From Wickerhamiella versatilis (taxonomy: Eukaryota), in contig JAQOWU010000001.1 of assembly GCA_030867685.1 (NCBI GenBank), positions 992,001-1,056,000 of the forward strand: DNA of 64,000 nt, in the 5' to 3' direction. The notes below the pieces were generated by a model. That model was not told where the DNA came from. It saw only the letters and a list, made by a program, of their open reading frames with translations, and did no database searches. Numbering within the stretch: the stretch's first letter is position 1; each line of letters begins with the position of its first letter. This document shows positions 1 through 10,311 of this stretch, piece by piece. The position numbers and the translations under genes were made by a program.

Positions 1-1381
1 TAAGACCCAAACTACAGTCTTAACAGCTCTGATATCATAACCAGAGCATACTTTGCCAAAGCAGCTAGGTGTGGGGTAGTGGTCAAAGCGAAATAGCTCA
101 TGCGCGGCCCAAACTAACAAACAAATTTTCTTCTGTATTCTGAAACTGTCACAATATTACTTTCTAGCTTTTTTTTCCCTCGAATCGTGGATGAGCCCAT
201 TCCATATTCTGAATGCAAAGTAGAGCATGGTCATTTTGTTTCTTCCAAGTGACCATAGAGAATAGCATCAGTAATAAAAGAAGTACTGATGGAAATATCT
301 TGTTAATACAACCTTAATCCGAGCAGTACACAACCATATAGAACTGTTAAGCGGCCAGCGGCAAATCTAAGATCCGTACCTATAGGATGACACATTTGTC
401 AAAAGATTTTAAATGATTAGATTCACACCAGCAGTTTCCAGCCAATTATATGCGTCAAACGAAATAGTAGATGTTCTCAACATAGTCCTACGAGCAGCTC
501 CCGGCGAATCTAGAAGTTGCATGTGTAAGTTGTTTCAGACCGCATGTTCTCTGATCTCAGGAGTAGCATCTTATAATATCACGTGATCACTGCAAAACTA
601 TACTCTTATAAGTGTTCCCCGTAGTTATACTATAAACTATAGCCACTCGAGACTATGTATCCGCAATTCCTGCAATGCCGCTACGCCTTCAGGTTAGGGC
701 TTATTTTTGTTGTTGACTAATTTGCTATGGGGTGCCCTCGCCCCCACGGCCGGTAAGCCAAATCGTCATGCGATTGAATGTAGGAATTAGAAGAAACCTG
801 GAGATTAGCATGCTTTTGATATAGTTTGCATCCTAGATAGCATGTGTTTTGATTCAGGACCAACCAGGTCTTACACACTTGCTGATAAATGACCTTCAAT
901 GTTATGCTACCTCCATACTATAATTTAAAATGGTAATTTGCTTGCATAGACAACTTTTTTATTCAATATAAAATAGTTGTACCTTTTAATACCCTCACGT
1001 TAGTGGTTTTCGGATATAGTCTTCTCAGTTACAGTTAGCTTATTTATCTGTGCTATATTATGTCTCTCATTAAGTAAAAGCAGCTGGATATGACAAGTGG
1101 GTCACTGAAACCATAACGAAGGATTAAGATTATGGCAGGATGTTTATAGGGTTTGCTTCCACCCTGCCACTATACAACTCGAAGTCACTACAGAGTAATG
1201 CAAATAATTTACTCCCTGTGCAAAATTATGAGAGCCGCTTGATCACATGCTTGAATATTTTATATCATGTAACGTACTATCAATCATTCAAATTGTTCAT
1301 AACTCAATTTAATAGTTTAATTTGATCATATATATAGATTGATATTCTCTACAAACCCGAGCCTCCAGCATATAACGCCAC

Positions 1382-2074
1382 ATGAAGTTTCCATCTGTAC
1401 TTGGCATCATCGTGCTAGCTGCTGCTGCCCCACCTCAAGATCTGAATAGTATTACGAGCCTAACTCCGTCGGTAACAAGTACTGAGGAAAGACCGGCATT
1501 ACTTCGCAGATTGTCACAAGATTTCACACAGATTGTAATTATGGGACGGAGTAGCGGCATCCCGTATGCAACTGCCGCCTCAGTAGGTCGCGAGTTTGTG
1601 GAAGGTGCACTTCAGCCTCCTCAAATTACATCTTTGGCTGAAAAGGCTTTCGATGTAATCCTAAATGGGTTGCCACTCGCGGATGTTGGTTCCTGGCCGG
1701 ATCCTACCTCTGCCAAGCAGCTTGCAGATGATGCAAACAAGGTTTATGATAATCTGCACTTACAGCCTTCCTATAAAAGTTATATGTCGTATGTCTCGGC
1801 TAATGCTCACATTGTCGATATGTCGAAAGTTCGCAGCATGTTGTCAATGAAACCCGACAACATTACTGACCCCACAATTAGTAGTTGGCACTCCTCAGAG
1901 CTTTCCAAAACGAAAGAATTGGAGCATAGCTTTACCACTAACAGTGCTGGGTCAGAAGCTTTAAAGACGTTTAAGACATTGGGATCCAAACTTCTGACAG
2001 ATGTTGGCACAGGTGGCAGCAGTGTAAATCAGATGAAAGAGCTATTTGTGAATTTTCTAAATAGTATAGTATGA
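1382..2074 (+). CDS. Secreted protein of unknown function (230 aa)
   Basis: ATG ORF with a hydrophobic signal peptide (MKFPSVLGIIVLAAA), a Ser/Thr-rich pro-like segment ending in dibasic RR, and a TATA-like element upstream. No family recognised. Confidence 0.65.
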   Translation: MKFPSVLGIIVLAAAAPPQDLNSITSLTPSVTSTEERPALLRRLSQDFTQIVIMGRSSGIPYATAASVGREFVEGALQPPQITSLAEKAFDVILNGLPLADVGSWPDPTSAKQLADDANKVYDNLHLQPSYKSYMSYVSANAHIVDMSKVRSMLSMKPDNITDPTISSWHSSELSKTKELEHSFTTNSAGSEALKTFKTLGSKLLTDVGTGGSSVNQMKELFVNFLNSIV

Positions 2075-2372
2075 AGATATTCAACAATTAAATTCGGCAC
2101 CCGTGTTGCAAGCTGTAAGCAAGAACTTGGAAATAGCTATCTTTAACCTCTAATCCAAGGTTTCCTCTGTGTATTTTAATGCACGAATATTTTTTCTAGT
2201 ATTTCTCTTTCACGAGAAAAATAAAAGAGTCTTCTCAGTTTTCATCTGTATTTTGGATGGGGTTCATTCATTCTATACTCTATATGGTTTAATTTTCTAT
2301 TTCTACTTGATTCGAAAGCATTCTTAATACGACCAATGAGATGCAATAATATAATATATATTCTAATTTAGT

Positions 2373-2987
2373 TTAGCTCTCCATATTTGGAATGCAAGCG
2401 GGAATATGCCTGTCTACATGCGAGTAAAGTTCTATCGGGGGTGATCCTGGGTGCATAACTGTGACATTTACGTTGGTTTCTTTCACCATATTCTTCAGGC
2501 AATCTCCAAAATAAGAGAGGACTGTCCTGGCAGGACCATACATGGACTCATAGGCCGTGGGCGTTGCCGCCGAAAGGGAACTTGAGAGTAGAATCTGTCC
2601 AGAACCACTATTGATAATATTGGGGACTATACGTTGAGCCACTTTGATGACTGCTATGAAATTAACAGAAAGCACTCGAAGCTGCTCATCATAAGAATCG
2701 TCAATAAAATCGGGACCCAAAGAAACACCAGTGTTGAGAATCGCGATATCAATTAACCGCTTCTCCTTTAAGACTTCGCCCAGAAATTCTTCCATACCAC
2801 TTTCGGTGGTTAAATCCACGTTTATGCACTTGATATTTGGCATTTCTGGGGGCTTAATGTCATCGGCCAAATCATGGTCACAATTGCTACACATTAGCAC
2901 ATCGTAGCCATCTGTGGCCAATAGTCTTGCATATTCTCGGCCTTGCGCAGAATAGCCGCCTGTCACAATAGCAAGTCGATTCGGCAT
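2373..2987 (-). CDS. Short-chain dehydrogenase/reductase, bacterial type, diverged and apparently C-terminally shortened
   Basis: First ATG at 2987 (MPNRLAIVTGGYSAQG). Shows a degenerate TGxxxGxG motif, NTG (NAG equivalent), catalytic Ser region (LSSSLS) and YGPAR (YxxxK with K>R). Confidence 0.75.
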   Translation of the reverse strand: MPNRLAIVTGGYSAQGREYARLLATDGYDVLMCSNCDHDLADDIKPPEMPNIKCINVDLTTESGMEEFLGEVLKEKRLIDIAILNTGVSLGPDFIDDSYDEQLRVLSVNFIAVIKVAQRIVPNIINSGSGQILLSSSLSAATPTAYESMYGPARTVLSYFGDCLKNMVKETNVNVTVMHPGSPPIELYSHVDRHIPACIPNMES

Positions 2988-3440
2988 CTTTATCGTTAAG
3001 AAGAGCAAATGTGGGGAAGTTTAATAATAAAATTAATACACGAATTTATTTTTTTATAGAATTCGCTTGGTTCTTCATTAAAAGTATCTTGAGTTTATAA
3101 TTGATTTTGGGAAAATGTACTTACTGTTTTATGGAAATCAATTCTCTTTCTGTCCTTTTAAGACGTATTGTCGGAGATTATATCGCCCCACTTTGATGAG
3201 TCATATCTCCGAGGGTCATAAGAAATCAATTTGTCAATATATCATTAAGAAATGATATTCAAGGAATACTCAATTTCCCCAGAATAGGAGTCAATATGCA
3301 CAGCAGACCCCTTCGGGCCCACGCGGAAGAGCACAAACCCACATGCAGACTTAACTTTAGTACCCATTACTGAAAGAAAATAGAATGCATAACATCCGGA
3401 GTATTCAGACCAAAGTACGAAAGATTGAAATTAGCTCATA

Positions 3441-6400
3441 TCAACTTTTTTGGAACCTCTTGCGCAGGCGTGCGATAGGGCTTGATGTGGTATCTTTATC
3501 GTCGAGCTTCACGGTTTCTCCCCAGCCTCCACGCTTTTCGAACTCTTCAATAGCCGGATCATCCGCATGATCGCTTTCCGAGCTAACTAAGCGAGTTTTT
3601 GACTTTGGTACTCGAACTAAATAATAGAGGACCACGCTTGCCCCAATATTAAACGCAATGTAAGCGAAGAGGAATCCAATATTACGCCAACGGTAGTGAT
3701 ATGACATATCGACGCTGGATAGATATTGATTTGTTTCACTCATTGGACAGTAGTAACACTCCGTATCCGTGGATTGACTCCCCAAGTAGCCAGGGGAGCG
3801 TTCCAGAAAGGTTTTGAGATACGTTTGACAAGTTTGTCCTTGTGGAGGATTAAATTTTGTATATTCATAATCGGCACATGTCACGTTATTATTTGCAACG
3901 GCTAATGGAACCATTCCACCGATCCAGTAGGTCATTGGACTAACCCGGTTCATGAATATCCAAAAGCGTGGCATCGCCTCTGGGGTGGAGAGGACACCGG
4001 AGAAGAGAAGGGACATCATGAACATAAGCATTGCCAAGTTTGACCCCGTTTCAGCATTTTCCATTGGGGCTGCAGTAAGTTGCGCAAAGCTAACTGCCAA
4101 TATATAAAACAGCCATACGTAGAAAAAGGTTAGTCCACCCCGCTCAGCCATCTGGCCAGCATTCCTGGCATTACGAAAAAGCCGAGACGGATAATACCAC
4201 GCAAAGAAACCTAAAACTGAACTTACAGTCTGCCAAGGAATCTCTGCTGTTACTAGCGTAAGGATAAAAGGAGCCCAACCCCATGTCTTTGAAGGCCTTT
4301 CCCGAGCTTCAAATAAATTTCTTTGAGATGTATACATGGGGATGTATTGCTGAACGGTGGAGTTCATAACAATTGCGAACAAGAAAACACTGAACATTTC
4401 ATTTTGAAGCCCTTGCCTCGTTAAATCCGAATCCCAGAAACTAAATCCGTTAAAAAGGGCTGTAGCAGAAGACAAAAATAACTTGGCAAAGATATAGAAA
4501 GGGGTTCTCCAGTAGAACTGCATTGTGCGGACAAATCCCATCTTATACTGTAGCCAAAACGAGGAAGCATACTCGCTCGTAGTGTCCTTCGGTGCGACAT
4601 AGGTATCGTTGATGCCAAATTTCTCCATAAGCCCGTCTATCTTGTTCCGAACAGTTTTACGTTCGGTCGACTTGAGCCAAACTTCAGCGTAGTCATGTTT
4701 AGCATGTGAGCCAGGCGCTGCTCCAATCACTTCAAGCATCCATTCTGCCGGATTAGCATCCGATGGACAGGGATCAGCATCATTCTTCTCGAAGTAACTT
4801 GTTAAAGTTTTTGAATTTTCCCCTATAGGACCGAAATACACTGTTCGCCCACCTTTAGCCAGAAATAAAAGGTTATCAAATTGTTGCAGTAGAAGGGCTG
4901 ACGGTTGGTGAATGGTGCACAGAATAGCCTGGCCTGCTGAGCTCAATCTTTTGAGCAATTGACTAACTGACCAAGCCGTTTGGGAATCAAGTCCAGACGT
5001 AGGCTCGTCTAGAAACAGGAGAAGTTTAGGCTTAGCAGCCAGCTCAACACCAATTGTCAAGCGCTTTCTTTGCTCTACATTAAGACCCTTTCCTGGAACT
5101 CCCACCACAGCATCCGCATATTTCTCCATCTCAAGTATATCCAAGATGTTATCCACGTAGGCCACCTTTTCTTCATAAGGAACAGTTGCTGGCTGTCTTA
5201 GAACTGCTGAAAAAATTAATGACTCGCGTACTGTTGCGCTTGGGAGATGAAGATCCTGCTGCATGGCATACCCAGTAGACCGTTGGAATGAGTTGTCACG
5301 AGGCGCATCGTTCACAAACATATGACCATAAACAACACCGGTGCCAACTCTATTAGCCAGTACATCTAACAAAGTTGTTTTTCCTGCACCTGTAGCACCC
5401 ATTAAAGCTGTTAGGGTCCCAGGCTCGACCCAGCCATCGACATAATTGAGTAATCGGCGAGTTCCACCTTTTACTTTTACGTCGTAACAAACATCTTTCC
5501 AGTAAAATATATTGTCGGAATTCTCTAGCAAATCCTCAGCATCTGTATGAGAAGACGCACTTTTATGTTTTACCACGCCCACTTCTTGTTCATCCTCTCT
5601 TCGCCGACGCAAAATCTTCTTTAGGACGGAACGAGGATAGACTAAAACCTCTCCCTTTGCCTGTGGACCAGCATACAAGCACGTAACAAGCAAATAAGTT
5701 CCAAACAAAAAGGCGGCATATCCAATTATTATTCCGACATTTCGCCACTTATGAGAGTTCTCATATTGATATTGCAAGTCCAAGAACCTATCACCTGAGA
5801 CCTTTGTATCACCTGGATCAGATCCTGGTATTGAGCAAGCAAACGTAGTGCCAGTAGCACCATCTTCTGGGCCAAAGGGAATGAATTGGCTGCAATCAAA
5901 CCACCTACCATGGAATTCGTTAGACATGAGAGCCTCATAACTGTATGCAAGCGGATCAATATAGTTAATCCAGCGACTCCAAGTTCCTTCCAAACGGGTA
6001 ATAGGAATTACGAACCCAGTGTACATGACCACGGCCATTAAAATGACAGTGGCAGGGACCATAGCAAGCTGGACAGTCGGCATAGCAGCAGCCAGAGTAC
6101 GAAAGAAAAAAGACATAAAAAGCATTGATATAAATGTAGTTAGTAGAAAGAAGAAAAAGTTTCCTGGGTGACGATTAAGGTTTGGCATGAAATACATTAT
6201 CAACGAAAAGGCTATCGATGATAATATTTTCACTGGCATATCAGATACCACAGCAGCTATTGCTTCAACCGCAGGATGGTAAAAACCATAACTATGATGC
6301 TTTTGGACAATATCACGAGATTCAAACAATGAGAAAATTTCTAACATCGCACTCATGCTTTGAAACATGAGTCCAAAGTAGACCGCCGCTTCGCGCCTGT

Positions 6401-7982
6401 AAAAAGAATCTGTCTCCGGCTGAAGATCATAAAACATTGAGGAGACGATCAGACCCATCACTACTCGAGACCAGATCATCATTATGGGCATTGCTGGATC
6501 GCCCTGCATACGCTGGAATCCTCGAGTCGTTAAGACCTTTATCTGTTCCCATAATCCAACAGTATAGGTCGTTCTGTTGCTTAACAAGGTTCGCTGCTGA
6601 CTAGCAGAATATGCCTTTTTATAATTTTGAACCACGATAGAGTTGGGTGAGTATTCCTGATTGTAGTTCTCAATCTCCTGAAGAAGACCCTGGTAGAGCT
6701 TGGACTGTTCCCAGCGCTGTCGGAACTCGTGAGCAGTTTCAGGAACCTTATCTTCGAAACCCTCACGCGGTGTTCTTTCTGAAGGCTGCGTGATCGAAGT
6801 CAAGAAGTCCGGAGCGGACTGCCGGGGCTTTGGTTGCCAGCCTTGATCATAGAAGTACTGCACTGCCTCATTGCAAGGACCATAGTAGATCTGATATCCA
6901 TCATAAAGCAGTTGTACGCGGTCAAACTGCTCATAAATTTCGTTCGACGCCTGGTAGATTGCTACTAGAGAGGCAGAACCAAAAGTACGTGACGAAGTAC
7001 GTAAAGTACGAATAAACTCATTTGCGGTGGCCGAATCAAGTCCTCGCGTGGGATTATCCCAGCACTGCAATGCAGCACCAGAAATGGCTAGTTCAGCGAT
7101 GGAAACCCGCTTACGCTCACCCCCCGAGACACCTCTTATCATCTCATTTCCAACCTTCGTATCAGCAGCAATGGTGAGCCCAAATACAGCCATGTATACA
7201 TCACGCATATACTCGGCATAATCTAGTCGCGAAATACCTGGGAAATGATTAGCAGGTGTTCGTAAACGCGAAGCCACCATGAGTGTCTGAGCCACGGTCA
7301 ACCCCGAGAAATTTAATTCAGATTCCGCACAGTAAGAGAGATCACTACGATAATGATTTTTGACATCTTTCTGTTTAAGACCCTGATAATTTAACTCAGA
7401 CTCATTTCCCAAATGAAATCCGTACGTTCGACCACTTATCGAACGTAAAAACGTAGAACATCCAGCACCTGGTCGCCCTAAGACCATTACAAGCTCCCCT
7501 GGTTTTATAAGGCCATCTTGAGGTTTCAAAATATCTGTGTGTGTATTATTTTTTTGACTACTGGCAGTATGTAACCAGGATGCTAGTCTCTCTACCACAA
7601 CTAGTGGCCAGTTTCCGACAGTGATCTGATAATTAGTGTCTTGATTATAACCATAAGCTCGTAAATTGCGCCAACTGGCCCCGAGTTCTCGCCGAGGATA
7701 TCGCTCACGATCGCCCTGAAACGCATCAGCCATGCGACCTGCCCAAACTCTGGGATCAAATTCATCGCTTAAAGGATCGAATCGTTTGTCTTCAGGCGGG
7801 AATATCATATCAAAAGTTGCACTTCCCTCAATCGATTTCTTTGTTTCGCCGCTAAAGTTTTTTGCCAGTACACGAAGTTCATTGGTATCTGTTATCTCTT
7901 TATCCGTGATATGGGTACCTTTCTCGGAATTACCAGGTTGCAGGCTAGAAGCTCGCTTTTCATCTGCCCCTATATCCGTCAT
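3441..7982 (-). CDS. Full-size PDR/ABCG multidrug ABC transporter (Pdr5/Cdr1/Snq2 family)
   Basis: 1513 aa with NBD-TMD-NBD-TMD layout: GRPGAGCST, VSGGERKRVSIAE, CWDN, GATGAGKTT, LNVEQRKRLTIGVEL, LFLDEPTSGLD. Confidence 0.97.
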   Translation of the reverse strand: MTDIGADEKRASSLQPGNSEKGTHITDKEITDTNELRVLAKNFSGETKKSIEGSATFDMIFPPEDKRFDPLSDEFDPRVWAGRMADAFQGDRERYPRRELGASWRNLRAYGYNQDTNYQITVGNWPLVVVERLASWLHTASSQKNNTHTDILKPQDGLIKPGELVMVLGRPGAGCSTFLRSISGRTYGFHLGNESELNYQGLKQKDVKNHYRSDLSYCAESELNFSGLTVAQTLMVASRLRTPANHFPGISRLDYAEYMRDVYMAVFGLTIAADTKVGNEMIRGVSGGERKRVSIAELAISGAALQCWDNPTRGLDSATANEFIRTLRTSSRTFGSASLVAIYQASNEIYEQFDRVQLLYDGYQIYYGPCNEAVQYFYDQGWQPKPRQSAPDFLTSITQPSERTPREGFEDKVPETAHEFRQRWEQSKLYQGLLQEIENYNQEYSPNSIVVQNYKKAYSASQQRTLLSNRTTYTVGLWEQIKVLTTRGFQRMQGDPAMPIMMIWSRVVMGLIVSSMFYDLQPETDSFYRREAAVYFGLMFQSMSAMLEIFSLFESRDIVQKHHSYGFYHPAVEAIAAVVSDMPVKILSSIAFSLIMYFMPNLNRHPGNFFFFLLTTFISMLFMSFFFRTLAAAMPTVQLAMVPATVILMAVVMYTGFVIPITRLEGTWSRWINYIDPLAYSYEALMSNEFHGRWFDCSQFIPFGPEDGATGTTFACSIPGSDPGDTKVSGDRFLDLQYQYENSHKWRNVGIIIGYAAFLFGTYLLVTCLYAGPQAKGEVLVYPRSVLKKILRRRREDEQEVGVVKHKSASSHTDAEDLLENSDNIFYWKDVCYDVKVKGGTRRLLNYVDGWVEPGTLTALMGATGAGKTTLLDVLANRVGTGVVYGHMFVNDAPRDNSFQRSTGYAMQQDLHLPSATVRESLIFSAVLRQPATVPYEEKVAYVDNILDILEMEKYADAVVGVPGKGLNVEQRKRLTIGVELAAKPKLLLFLDEPTSGLDSQTAWSVSQLLKRLSSAGQAILCTIHQPSALLLQQFDNLLFLAKGGRTVYFGPIGENSKTLTSYFEKNDADPCPSDANPAEWMLEVIGAAPGSHAKHDYAEVWLKSTERKTVRNKIDGLMEKFGINDTYVAPKDTTSEYASSFWLQYKMGFVRTMQFYWRTPFYIFAKLFLSSATALFNGFSFWDSDLTRQGLQNEMFSVFLFAIVMNSTVQQYIPMYTSQRNLFEARERPSKTWGWAPFILTLVTAEIPWQTVSSVLGFFAWYYPSRLFRNARNAGQMAERGGLTFFYVWLFYILAVSFAQLTAAPMENAETGSNLAMLMFMMSLLFSGVLSTPEAMPRFWIFMNRVSPMTYWIGGMVPLAVANNNVTCADYEYTKFNPPQGQTCQTYLKTFLERSPGYLGSQSTDTECYYCPMSETNQYLSSVDMSYHYRWRNIGFLFAYIAFNIGASVVLYYLVRVPKSKTRLVSSESDHADDPAIEEFEKRGGWGETVKLDDKDTTSSPIARLRKRFQKS

Positions 7983-9914
7983 GTTTGTAACTTTTTAGCC
8001 CATATAAGGCAGAACTTTCTGTGTGTACGTCAATATGACTAATTGTGACCTAAGCAAACAGCATGGTTGCATCAATAAAACATAGCACACAGCACAGATA
8101 GTGTGCTAGATTACCTCTGGGTAAGTCGTGGTAGGACAATGTTACATTTGTGACCAAAGTGATATTAACATGCTTTATTGAATGTCTCCCGTGCTGCAAA
8201 CCAATCGAACGCCGCGGTTTTTCCTTTCTATATTTGGTAATACTCTCCTCTTACCAAAGTCGCAAATTGTTCAACTCTTAAAATAGCTATAAAACTAAGA
8301 ATTGAATCATTAGATAATTCCAGTGCGCTTGTTTCCTGATAGACGATTGGAAGAAAGTAAATTTCACGATGTATGATACCAAAACACATTGCATAATTTG
8401 AAGGCGTGTTCTACATAGAGATTTCTCGAAATCTTAATGAATTCGATTGCCTTTGCAAATACATTCCTCACTGTCTTTAATCTGGTTAAACAGTGCAGAC
8501 CTATAGTTGTAAAATAGCTTCGTTATCGCAACAGCTCATAAGAATGAGACAGTCATGCCTTAAGCAACATACCTGATGGGGTTCAATGCCAATAGATTTC
8601 GGTTGAGAGGTTCTCTGCAACGCCAATTCCGGAGTGGAATAAGATACCACGTAACTATACGTTTCAAATCATCGACGTTCACTAGACTTATAGTACTCCA
8701 CTGGAGCCATTAGTCCTGTCGGGTTTTCCAGTATTCAAATCAACACCTCAGGAACGTGCTGATAGCAGCAGTAGTTTAGCTGTCAGTTTTAATGTAAACT
8801 TATTTTGGCGTAGTCCCAACAGCTGAAATTATCTTGTTACTAGTTGGGCGCTTTTTATAGTGAAAATGGTCGCAAAATAACACAATATCAGAAGGCGAAA
8901 AGGTAAATGCCAGATTTTGGGTATACGTTATTTTTTCGTGTGAAGGCTATATTAATATTATTCTATTTTGTTCAAGCTCCCTGTAGTGCCTCGTTGTCGA
9001 ACGAAGAACTTACCAAATCCAGTCCGTCTTCTTCAATTGAACGGAATAGTCAGCTCTGAAAGATGGCTCTGGAGCAATGAGAACGATCATTCGGGCACAT
9101 CAGCGCTTTAAACGAAACATAGGAACCCTGTTATACTTGATGAATGCTTATGCATTGTACTTACAGCAGCTTGCTGCATCGCTTTTTACCTGTTTGGGAA
9201 GCAGATATAAATATACCCAATGGTAAGGAATGCGGATTGAGAAGTCACTCGCCTGATATCCAAGCAGGGTTTCAGAAAATAATTTCTAATTTACAGCCAC
9301 AGACGTCTTTTCCGAAGCAGTAAAGTGCTGTTCCCCAGCTGCAGATGGGTACGGGTAGTGTACCCGCTGCCTGTCAGTAAAGCCTGTTGCCCGCAATGAC
9401 AACCCTTAAGGTATGAAGCTCAAAAATTGCAATAAATACAGGATTTCAGGAACTTGAAAATGTTATGCTGTAAGAGGAGAAAAAAGATATGTAGCAGTAA
9501 AACAGTGTTTTACACTCGTCTTAAAGACGATGACAGTACAAATTTAATAATATGGTAAAATGATTTATCTAGCAGCTGCCATTTTGACGTTTCAGGCGAA
9601 ATCGACAACACTTCGCTATCTTAGACTAGCTGGAAATTCCGAGATAGATCAGAGAGTACTACTTACGACATCGCTCAGCTTAAGGTAAGGCTGAACGTAG
9701 TGAGAAGTTCAGAGTCGTACCTTTTTAAATGAATGCATGCGATATTCTGAGAAAGAGCTTATAGCCATGCTTAAGCTCATCAGAGTGATGCCGAAACGTC
9801 CTGTATGCGCGAATTAAAGTAGAAAGCAAATTAGCGTGAAGTTTTCACCATAATATCTTGGAGACTATGTTCTATAATTAGTATCGTATAAAAAAGAACT
9901 TTTTCTTGTTTCAC

Positions 9915-9923
9915 AAAAAAAAA
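9915..9923 (-). terminator. RNA polymerase III oligo(dT) terminator of the 5S gene
   Basis: A9 on the + strand (T9 on the - strand) at the 5S 3' end. Confidence 0.8.
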
Positions 9924-10041
9924 CTACAGCACCTGCCGTTCTCACGTGGTCTCCCACCGTAATACTGAATCAGGCTCTCAGCAGCTTATGTATGGCTGAT
10001 CGGACGGGAAGCCCAGTTACCTGCTGGATATGGCCGTAGCT
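9922..10041 (-). rRNA. 5S rRNA gene (dispersed copy)
   Basis: Minus strand reads AGCTACGGCCATATC...CCCGTCCGATC...AGTATTACGGTGGGAGACCACGTGAGAAC...GGTGCTGTAGTT, about 120 nt. The ends pair (helix I) and run into a T9 tract. Confidence 0.93.
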
Positions 10042-10311
10042 GGTTGCTGTGTAGCATGATAAATATATAAGTAGTCCTAGGGAGGCATTTCAACTCTTTT
10101 AACGTGCCTAACGAAGACGCAAAGACTCTTTTAGTGTGAAATACTAATAGAAACATACGACTATGCGTAGAGAAAGGGTGATACTATGCCTCTTAGCAGT
10201 CAGCTAGTCGTATATAGCCCATCGTACCTAGGGTATTTTGATACTAGGTTTGTTAGTTAACTACTGGAATAGAACAATATTCGATCTACTTACATTGATA
10301 GTGTTACCTAC

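Noticed and set aside
578-587. ATCACGTGAT as a point-centromere CDEI element
   Set aside because: It is not followed by a very AT-rich CDEII and a CDEIII. At most it is a Cbf1-type promoter site.
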